A stretch of DNA of 64,000 nt from an uncultured Dehalococcoidia bacterium. GTDB lineage: Bacteria > Chloroflexota > Dehalococcoidia > Lucifugimonadales > Australimonadaceae. The stretch spans positions 7,365 through 71,364 of the forward strand of contig CAZLKC010000007.1 of NCBI GenBank assembly GCA_964560025.1, in the 5' to 3' direction. A program made the position numbers and the translations under genes. The notes under the pieces are model-generated. The model did not search any database. It saw nothing but the letters and a program-made list of their open reading frames with translations, and had not been told where the DNA came from. This document shows positions 34,869 to 41,758 of this stretch, piece after piece (positions within the stretch are counted from its first letter, which is position 1; each line of letters begins with the position of its first letter).

Positions 34869-36185
34869 TTAGGGCGAATGGGAGGCGGGGGCGAGTTGGG
34901 GGCGACGGGGTTGGGCGGCGGCTAGGAGGAAGAGGGCAGCGAGGGCGACCATAACGGCGGCTGTCCAGAAGGCGATGAGGTAGGCGCCGGTGGCGTCGAA
35001 GACGGCTCCGGCGAAGGGCGCGCCGAGCGCTTGGGCTATCACGATGCCGGGCACGATGTAGCCGCGGATGGCGCCGATGTGGGCGCGTCCGAAGTAGGTG
35101 GGCCAGATGTGCACCTGCACGACGGCGTTCGTCCCCTGCCCTATCCCCAAGGCGACGGCGCTAAGGAAGAGCACCCACGGCGCGTCGAGCAGGATGGTTG
35201 CGACGATGCCGCCGACGGCGATGAGCATGGCGTAGGCGCCGACGAAGCGGACGTGGAAGCGCTCGACGAGAAATCCCGCCGAGAGGATGCCGACGAAGAA
35301 GAATCCGGCGTCGAGGGAGAAGGATGACGCGATGAGGCTGCGGTCGTAGCCTCGGTCTTCCCAGAAGGCGAAGCGGTGGACCTGGAGACCGCCCATGGCG
35401 AAGGAGATGAGGACGTAGGCGGCGAGGATCTGCCACAGGCGCACGGTGCGCAGCGCTTGGCGCTCCGTCCACGACACTTCGTCGTCCGCCGATCGCGCCG
35501 ACTCGGGCGCGCCCGAGTCGGCGTCGGGCGCGTCGTCGAGCGGCGGGTCGCCGTCGGGACGCAGGCCCATATCCTCGGGCTGGCGCTTGATGATGAACCA
35601 GGTGATGGGGACGACGAGGGCGATGACGAAGACGCCGGATGCGACCCATGCGGTGCGCCAGCCGAAGGCGTCGATGAGTTGCTGGTGGACGATGACGAAG
35701 GTCATGCCGCCGATGCCGAAGCCGGCGGTTACGAAGGAGGTGGCGCGTCCGCGTTGGCGCACGAACCATTTCTGCACGGGAACGGAGGTGAGCAGGTTGC
35801 CGGGCATCGTGATGCCGCTGAGGCCCACGAGCAGGAAGAGGGCGAGGAACTGCCATGCGTTCTGCACCCAGCCGAGGCCGATGACGGCCATGCCGGCCAG
35901 TGCGGCGGCGGCGGTGATGAGGGTGCGGCTGCCGTAGCGATCGATGAGCCTGCCGACGAGGAGGGATGCTAGGCCGGTAGCGAGGCGCCGTCCAGCGAGC
36001 ACCCAGCTGATGAGGCCGCGAGAGATGTTGAGGTCTTCGCTCATCGGCTTGAGGAAGACGGCGAAGGAGAAGATGGCCGTGGCCTCGACGGCGAAGTTGG
36101 TGAGGAAGAGGGAGCCGACGATCCACCAGCCGTAGAAGATGGGGGAGCGTTTCTTGCGGGAGCGGTCGGCGTTCTCGATGTTCAT
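34869..36185 (-). CDS. MFS transporter (12 TM, oxalate/formate-antiporter-like)
   Basis: Real C-terminal 438 aa of track ORF 34869..37286, from ATG 36185: MNIENADRSRKKRSPIFYGWWIVGSLFL... with a central acidic loop. Confidence 0.85.
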   Translation of the reverse strand: MNIENADRSRKKRSPIFYGWWIVGSLFLTNFAVEATAIFSFAVFLKPMSEDLNISRGLISWVLAGRRLATGLASLLVGRLIDRYGSRTLITAAAALAGMAVIGLGWVQNAWQFLALFLLVGLSGITMPGNLLTSVPVQKWFVRQRGRATSFVTAGFGIGGMTFVIVHQQLIDAFGWRTAWVASGVFVIALVVPITWFIIKRQPEDMGLRPDGDPPLDDAPDADSGAPESARSADDEVSWTERQALRTVRLWQILAAYVLISFAMGGLQVHRFAFWEDRGYDRSLIASSFSLDAGFFFVGILSAGFLVERFHVRFVGAYAMLIAVGGIVATILLDAPWVLFLSAVALGIGQGTNAVVQVHIWPTYFGRAHIGAIRGYIVPGIVIAQALGAPFAGAVFDATGAYLIAFWTAAVMVALAALFLLAAAQPRRPQLAPASHSP

Positions 36186-36228
36186 AGGCAAGGGGTCGGG
36201 CGCTTGCTCCGCGCGTCTCCTTTTGCGA

Positions 36229-36251
36229 GGGACAGGTTTGAAACCTGTCCC
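36229..36251. promoter_or_regulatory. Perfect 23-bp palindrome in the divergent MFS-MFS intergenic region (candidate operator or palindromic repeat element)
   Basis: GGGACAGGTTT-G-AAACCTGTCCC. A TATACT -10-like hexamer lies about 35 nt downstream, towards ATG 36312. Confidence 0.5.
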
Positions 36252-36311
36252 CACAGCGCACGGCGGGGAGGCGGCGTGGGCGCGAGTATACTTGGGCGCG
36301 CTCTCTACCTT

Positions 36312-37724
36312 ATGCAAGCAGCCATCGACCGCCGCCGCTACGCCGTCTTCGCCGTGGTGTCCGTTGCGCTGCTCATCTCCTCGATGAATCTGACGGTGGC
36401 GTTCGTGGTGCTGCCGCAGATGCAAGAGGGGCTCGGCGCGACGCTCACGTGGGTCGGGTGGACGGTCACGGCGTATCAGCTGGCGTCGGCCGTGTCGATG
36501 TCGTTGGCCGGGGGCATCGCCGACCGCTACGGACGGCGGCGGATATTCATCGCGTCGCTGGCGGTGTTCTGCGCAGGGTCGGTCGCGGCGGCGCTGGCAC
36601 CGAACATCGCCATCCATATCGTGATGCGGATGGCGGCGGCGCTGGGGGGCGGGGCGATCGTGCCTATCGCTGCGGCGGTGGTGAGCCGCGAGTTTCCGCA
36701 CAGCCGCGCGCGAGCGATCGGCCTGTTCACGAGCGTGCTGCCGTTGGGGTGGATCATTGGGCCGACGGTGGGCGGCTTTATCGCCGAGCACCTGACGTGG
36801 CGGGGAGCGTTCCTGCTGCCCGCGCCGCTCGCGGGGGCGGCGCTGGTTGCGGCAGTGTGGGTGATGCGGGAGAGCGCAGAGGGAGCGAAGGGGCGTTTGG
36901 ACGTGCAGGGGGCGCTGCTGCTGGCGGCGGCCATCGCGTCGTTCATGCTGGCGCTGTCGCTGTTCCGCGTGGAGGGGGGAGCGGCGTGGGCGGCGGCGTG
37001 GGCATTGCTGGCGCTGAGCGCTCCGTTGGGGGCGCTGTTCTGGCGGCACGAATCGCGCGCGGAGTCGCCCATCGTCGATCTGGCGCTGTTGCGGATGCGG
37101 CCTTTCGCGGCGGCGAACGCGTACAACGTGATATGGGGCGGCGTGTCCATTGGCTCGTCGGCGTTCATCCCGCTGTACGCGGCGCTGGAGTTCGACCTGG
37201 ACAGCGCGCGGGCAGGGTCGACGCTGGTGGGGCTGGAACTGGCGCTTATCGCGGGCTCGACGCTCACGAGCATCTGGCTGCTGCACCGGCTGGGCTATAG
37301 ACCACTGATCCTGGCGGGGGGCTTGCTGCTGGCGGCGGTGATGGTGAGCGTGGGGTTCGGCGTGATACGGGCGCTGCCCGCCGCGCTGCCGCCGTTCTGG
37401 GCGCTGTTCGGCGTGCTGACTATCGGCGGGTTCGCCATGGGCATACAGGCGCCCGCGTCGAACAACGCGGGGATCGAACTGATGCCGTCGCGCGTGTCGT
37501 CCATCGTGGGGCTGCGGGGGACATTCCGGTTCGCGGGGAGCGTCATCACCACGACGGTCATCTTCTTCTTGCTGGCGGGATTCGAGGACGCGGCGCGCGG
37601 GGTGGAGGTCATCTACCTGGGGCTAGGCGCGATTATGCTCATCGCCGCGCCGCTCGTCCTCCTGATGCCGACGGGGCGCGAGCGGCGCATCGACGCGCCC
37701 GCGGAGGCGGGGGCGGGCCGGTAG
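36312..37724 (+). CDS. MFS transporter (DHA2/EmrB-like, 14 TM)
   Basis: From ATG 36312: MQAAIDRRRYAVFAVVSVALLISSMNLTVAFVVLP...GGIADRYGRRRIF (MFS motif A). Confidence 0.85.
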   Translation: MQAAIDRRRYAVFAVVSVALLISSMNLTVAFVVLPQMQEGLGATLTWVGWTVTAYQLASAVSMSLAGGIADRYGRRRIFIASLAVFCAGSVAAALAPNIAIHIVMRMAAALGGGAIVPIAAAVVSREFPHSRARAIGLFTSVLPLGWIIGPTVGGFIAEHLTWRGAFLLPAPLAGAALVAAVWVMRESAEGAKGRLDVQGALLLAAAIASFMLALSLFRVEGGAAWAAAWALLALSAPLGALFWRHESRAESPIVDLALLRMRPFAAANAYNVIWGGVSIGSSAFIPLYAALEFDLDSARAGSTLVGLELALIAGSTLTSIWLLHRLGYRPLILAGGLLLAAVMVSVGFGVIRALPAALPPFWALFGVLTIGGFAMGIQAPASNNAGIELMPSRVSSIVGLRGTFRFAGSVITTTVIFFLLAGFEDAARGVEVIYLGLGAIMLIAAPLVLLMPTGRERRIDAPAEAGAGR

Positions 37725-37942
37725 GGGCTACGGCCAATCTTCGAGGGCGCGGTAGACATCCTCGCTGGTGGTGGGCGGTGCGTCGGGCCGGACAGCGAAG
37801 ACGGGGCGTGGGGGTTGCTGCGCGTCGGCAGGGGCACCGTCGTCGGGGTTTAGCGTGGCGTCCATAGCGGCGTGATAGCGCGGGGCGCCGGGGGGCGAGG
37901 CTCCTGCTTTCGGAGAGTGCCTGCGTAACACCCCTCCCCTCG

Positions 37943-38018
37943 CCCCCGTGTCGTCGGGGCGGGTTTTGTAGATGCGGGGCACCGCGCGTCGAGGTTCCTG
38001 CCTCCGCAGGAACGACGG
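37943..38018 (+). repeat. Intergenic repeat: module D plus B hairpin (near-identical to the 59783-59859 copy)
   Basis: cccccgtgtcgtcggggcgggttttgtagatgcggggcaccgcgcgtcgaggttcctgcctccgcaggaacgacgg. Confidence 0.85.
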
Positions 38019-38035
38019 AAAAGAAGGCTGCGCCC

Positions 38036-38770
38036 TTAGGCGCCGCGGTTGGAGCGCCAGGTTACGCCTTGGATGCGGCGGAGGACGCGGCGAAAGGCGG
38101 GCTCCTGCTCGGCGGCGGAGGCGGCGTGGGCGGGGTAGCGCTCGTTCCACGCCTGCTGCGCCTCCTCCACGCTCATCGGGCCGTGGTTCGTTAGCACGTG
38201 GACGGCCCAGGTGCGCACGAGGTCGGGCGCGGCGCCGTCCAGGGGGCGGTCGTAGGCGAGCGGGGGCAGCTCCGTCCGCTCGCGCAGGCCGTCGTAGAAG
38301 CGCTTGATGTCTTCGCCGGTAACGGCGGAGGAGAGGACGCGTATCTCGATGGCGGGGTCGGCGTCGGCGCCGTCGCGGACGATGACGCGGAGGGGGGAGA
38401 GTTGGGGGGTGTTGCCGAAGAAGATGTAGTGGTCGACCGTCCATCGGGGGAGGTTGTACTCCTCGCTGAGGCGCTTGAGTTCGCCGTAGTACTGGGCGCG
38501 GCGCTCCTCGTACTGGGCGGGCGGAATCGCCTTGAGGTGCCAGTCGAAGTTCTGGATCCAGCGTCCGCGCGCGGCGCGGCCCTCGGCGTCGTCGGCGTAG
38601 GGTGGCTCGGGTGCGCCGAAGAGGTTCTGGCGGAGACGCTCGACGCTCTCGACGAAGCCGCGCTCGTGGAGCGCGAAGCTGAAGGCGCTGTCGATGGCGA
38701 GCGGGTCGGCGGTCTTGCCGAGCACGCTGTCCACCGTCGCCCACACCTGTTCCGCCGTTACGTCGGCCAT
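38036..38770 (-). CDS. Hypothetical protein (244 aa), no recognisable domain
   Basis: Balanced composition (W, Y, F, K, N present). It sits in tandem, 84 nt downstream of the deacetylase-family gene. Confidence 0.6.
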   Translation of the reverse strand: MADVTAEQVWATVDSVLGKTADPLAIDSAFSFALHERGFVESVERLRQNLFGAPEPPYADDAEGRAARGRWIQNFDWHLKAIPPAQYEERRAQYYGELKRLSEEYNLPRWTVDHYIFFGNTPQLSPLRVIVRDGADADPAIEIRVLSSAVTGEDIKRFYDGLRERTELPPLAYDRPLDGAAPDLVRTWAVHVLTNHGPMSVEEAQQAWNERYPAHAASAAEQEPAFRRVLRRIQGVTWRSNRGA

Positions 38771-38854
38771 CGATCGCCCTCCTGGGATAAGTCCGCGGCG
38801 CGCTCTATGCTAGGGGAAGGGATGGGGTTGCGGCAACACGGGGGCGGCGCTCCC

Positions 38855-39724
38855 CTACCCTTGCGCCTCGCGCCACCAGTCTAGGACTTGCTCGGCTTTC
38901 CAGAAGAGGACGCCTTCATGCTCGGCCATATAGGCGTAGGCCTCTTCGAGGTAGCGGATGCGGTGAGGAACGCCGGTTACGTAGGGATGGAGCGCGATGG
39001 TCATCACGCGGGCGGACTCGGCGCCCTCGTGGTAGAGGCGATCGAACTGGTCTTTGACGCGGCGCAGCATCTCCGCCGCGTCGTGGTGCTGGACGAGCAT
39101 CATCGGCACGTCGTTTAGTTCCACGGAGTAGGGCACGGAGACCAACGGCCCGGCCGCCGTGCGCATCTCGAAGGGTTGATCGTCGGCCACCCAGTCGCAG
39201 ACGTACTCGATGCCGTGCTCCACCAGCAACTCGGGCGTTTGCGCCGTCTCGCCGAGGGCGGGGCCTAGCCAGCCGCGCGGTCCGGCGCCGGTGAACTCGC
39301 GGATGGTCTCGACCGCCTTGGCGAGCATCATGCGCTCGTCCTCGACGACGGGGGCGGCTACCTGGGTGAAGCCGTGGCCCATAAACTCCCAGCCGGCGTC
39401 GCGGATAGCGCGGGCGAGTTGGGGGTAGGCGAGGCAGACAGAGGCGTTGAGCGCGCAGGTTACAGGGACGGCGCGGCGGTCGAACAGCTCCATCAGCCGC
39501 CACAGGCCGACGCGCATGCCGTATTCGTGCCACGCCCAGTTGGGCACGTCGGGGACGGGCGGCGCGCCGCCGTGAGGCGGGATGATGGCGCGGGGCATAG
39601 GGCGCTCGTCGTCCCAGTGCTCGACGTTGACGACGGAGACGACGGCGACGCGCGCGCCGCCGGGGAGGCGCAAGGGCGGGCGTCCGCGCATCGGGGAGTA
39701 GTCGAAGCGTTCGCTCGGCCTCAT
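38855..39724 (-). CDS. Polysaccharide deacetylase / PuuE-allantoinase-like (NodB-fold) family protein
   Basis: From ATG 39724: MRPSERFDYSPM.GRP.L.LPGGARVAV....VEHW......P........P.VPD...W.EYG.RVG.WR... and ...IALHPYV.G.PHRIRYLE... resemble the PuuE-type family. Confidence 0.75.
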   Translation of the reverse strand: MRPSERFDYSPMRGRPPLRLPGGARVAVVSVVNVEHWDDERPMPRAIIPPHGGAPPVPDVPNWAWHEYGMRVGLWRLMELFDRRAVPVTCALNASVCLAYPQLARAIRDAGWEFMGHGFTQVAAPVVEDERMMLAKAVETIREFTGAGPRGWLGPALGETAQTPELLVEHGIEYVCDWVADDQPFEMRTAAGPLVSVPYSVELNDVPMMLVQHHDAAEMLRRVKDQFDRLYHEGAESARVMTIALHPYVTGVPHRIRYLEEAYAYMAEHEGVLFWKAEQVLDWWREAQG

Positions 39725-39828
39725 AGGCGTGCCTCCCGGGGCTTGTTTTTGCGTTTGGTGCAGAACCAGCACAACTGGTCGGAACGTGGTTGAAGCGAGA
39801 TTCCCGCTTTCGAAGACTGTTGCGTCAT

Positions 39829-40320
39829 CTAGGCTTCCCCATGCGGGGGCGCCGAGGGGCGGTAGCTCCTCGGCAGCAACCACTTCCCTCCCCACCCAAA
39901 CCGCGTCGGGCCTTGCTGTGGCGCAACCGCGCTGCCGCTGCACGCCGGACAGACGTTTTCAACCACACTCTCCCTGATTCGCTGCCCTGCAGCCGCGATC
40001 TCGTCATCGGTCGTCCCCTCGGGAAGTGGGTATCCCCACCCATGCGCGCACCGGTGGATGACCGTTGCGTCGGTTATGGGAGCGCGAGGCCTGCCCTCGA
40101 CCTGGTCGATACGCCACTCGCACCTCGGGCAGACGGTGAGCCCGCCGCCCACTTCCCAAAGCACCATGTGTTCCCCGCATACGATGTGGCGGCAGCCGTC
40201 ACACTTGTAGAGGGGTTCGCGGGGCTGAGGACAGATGGGGCAGGCAGGAGAGCGCCTCCCCAAGACCTTCGCAAGAAGCCCCCTCGACTTCCTGACATCG
40301 ACGATGTGGTACGCGTTCAT
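39829..40320 (-). CDS. Cys-rich hypothetical protein with multiple CxxC zinc-ribbon motifs
   Basis: From ATG 40320: ...CPICPQ...CDGCRH..C...CPRCEW...CPACSG. GC is lower than the flanks, and the C-terminal extent is uncertain. Confidence 0.45.
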   Translation of the reverse strand: MNAYHIVDVRKSRGLLAKVLGRRSPACPICPQPREPLYKCDGCRHIVCGEHMVLWEVGGGLTVCPRCEWRIDQVEGRPRAPITDATVIHRCAHGWGYPLPEGTTDDEIAAAGQRIRESVVENVCPACSGSAVAPQQGPTRFGWGGKWLLPRSYRPSAPPHGEA

Positions 40321-40459
40321 CCTTCTCTCCCATTCCCTGCGAAAATGAGGGATGGGCGACACGGGTCGCATGCGGCCCACGCCCGCGCGCAGTGTAGCAG
40401 GCAAAGCGGGCGAAACTCTGCGACAATCGGGCCGGGCCATTCGCCCAGGAGTCTGCGAC

Positions 40460-41608
40460 GTGACCGACCTCGACCCGACCGGATTGTACGAAGAGCTGGG
40501 CGCGACGCCCGTCATCAACGCGATCGGCAGCCTGACACTGCTGGGCGGCTCGACGCCGCCGCGAGAGGTGAAGGAGGCGATGGACGCCGCCGAGTCGGCC
40601 TACGTGTCGATGACGGAACTGCAGGAGCGGGCGGGGGCGTTCATCGCGCGGCTGGTGGGCGCGCCCGCCGCCTACGTAACCTCGGGGGCGGGGTCGGCGC
40701 TGACGCTGGCGACCGCCGCGCTGATGGCGGGCGACGACGACGACAAGATTCAGCAGCTGCCGAACACAGCGGGGATGAAGGACGAGATCCTCATCCAGCG
40801 GCGGGGGCGCTACTGGTACGACCGCTGCTTGGAGTTGGCGGGGGCGAAGCTGGTCGAGTTCGGCTCGCCCGACGGCGCGACGGCGGACGACCTCGCCCGC
40901 GCCATCGGCCCCAAGACGGCGGCAGTCCATTGCCTCGTCCAAGAGGAGCTGTCCGACCCGATGGCGCTGCCGTTGGAGGAGGTGCTCCGCGTGGCGGGAG
41001 AAGCGGGCGTTCCGGTTACGGTGGACGCGGCGGGACAGATATACCCGTTGGAGAACATCGGCAAGTACGTGCGGATGGGGGCGGCGTTCCAGTGCGTAGC
41101 GACCAAGTACATCGGCGCGCCGCAGTCGACCGGCCTTGCGTTGGGCACGGAGGAGATGATCCGCAAACTGTCGCTGCAAACCTTCGCCAGTTACGAGGGG
41201 CGGCGCGTGCGCGGCGTAGGGCGTCCGCAGAAGGTGGACCGACAGGAGGTGCTGGGCGCCGTCGCGGCGGTGAAGCGGTGGATGTCGCTCAACCACGAGG
41301 ACAGGCTGGCGGACGACGAGCAGCGCAGCCGCGTCATCCTCGGCTGGGTGGCCGATCTGGCGGGGGTGGAGGCGGCGCTCATCGACAACGTGGTCGGCCA
41401 CAACGCGTTCGGCGTGCGCATCCGCGCCGACGCGGCGGTTACGGGCGTGTCGCTGCCGGAGGTGGTCAACCGGCTGAAGGCGGGCGAGCCGTCCATCTGG
41501 ACGCGCGTGCGCCCCGGCGAGGACTGGATGGACGTGCACGTCTTCGGCCTCGCGCCCGGCCAAGAGGCGATTGTGGGCGAGCGCCTGGCGCGGGAGCTGG
41601 GGGGATAG
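40460..41608 (+). CDS. SelA-like (COG1921) fold-type-I PLP-dependent enzyme (DgaE-like), not bona fide SelA
   Basis: GTG 40460 follows AGGAG. ...VINAIGSLTLLGGS....V..AM..A...YV.M.EL....G...A.L.GA.AA.VTSGAGSAL... The putative PLP-Lys motif is VATKYIGAPQSTG. Confidence 0.75.
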   Translation: MTDLDPTGLYEELGATPVINAIGSLTLLGGSTPPREVKEAMDAAESAYVSMTELQERAGAFIARLVGAPAAYVTSGAGSALTLATAALMAGDDDDKIQQLPNTAGMKDEILIQRRGRYWYDRCLELAGAKLVEFGSPDGATADDLARAIGPKTAAVHCLVQEELSDPMALPLEEVLRVAGEAGVPVTVDAAGQIYPLENIGKYVRMGAAFQCVATKYIGAPQSTGLALGTEEMIRKLSLQTFASYEGRRVRGVGRPQKVDRQEVLGAVAAVKRWMSLNHEDRLADDEQRSRVILGWVADLAGVEAALIDNVVGHNAFGVRIRADAAVTGVSLPEVVNRLKAGEPSIWTRVRPGEDWMDVHVFGLAPGQEAIVGERLARELGG

Positions 41609-41758
41609 GGTCCGGGCACCGCCGCCCTACCCTGCTAGCGGCGGGAACGGAGGCGCGCCAAACGCCACTTGGCCGCCGGGCGTTCGTTGCGTACGCTTGC
41701 CGACGCTGAGGGCGGCGCCGTCTCGCCGCCCCGTGAGATGCCTGAGGAGCCGCGCGCT

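Noticed and set aside
34461-34925. A 154-aa ORF containing a neat 7-aa periodic repeat (MGRFASE/VGQFETT/MGHLGTE)
   Set aside because: The periodicity is a by-product of the 21-bp DNA repeats. The ORF then runs through repeat modules D and B and the 3' end of the MFS gene, and it has no SD. I interpret it as a non-coding regulatory region.
37728-37865. A 45-aa ORF (MDATLNPDDGAPADAQQPPRPVFAVRPDAPPTTSEDVYRALEDWP) at the end of track ORF 37728..38744
   Set aside because: It is short, Pro/Ala/Asp-rich and low-complexity, with no SD. It overlaps nothing conserved that I can recognise, so the evidence for a gene is insufficient.
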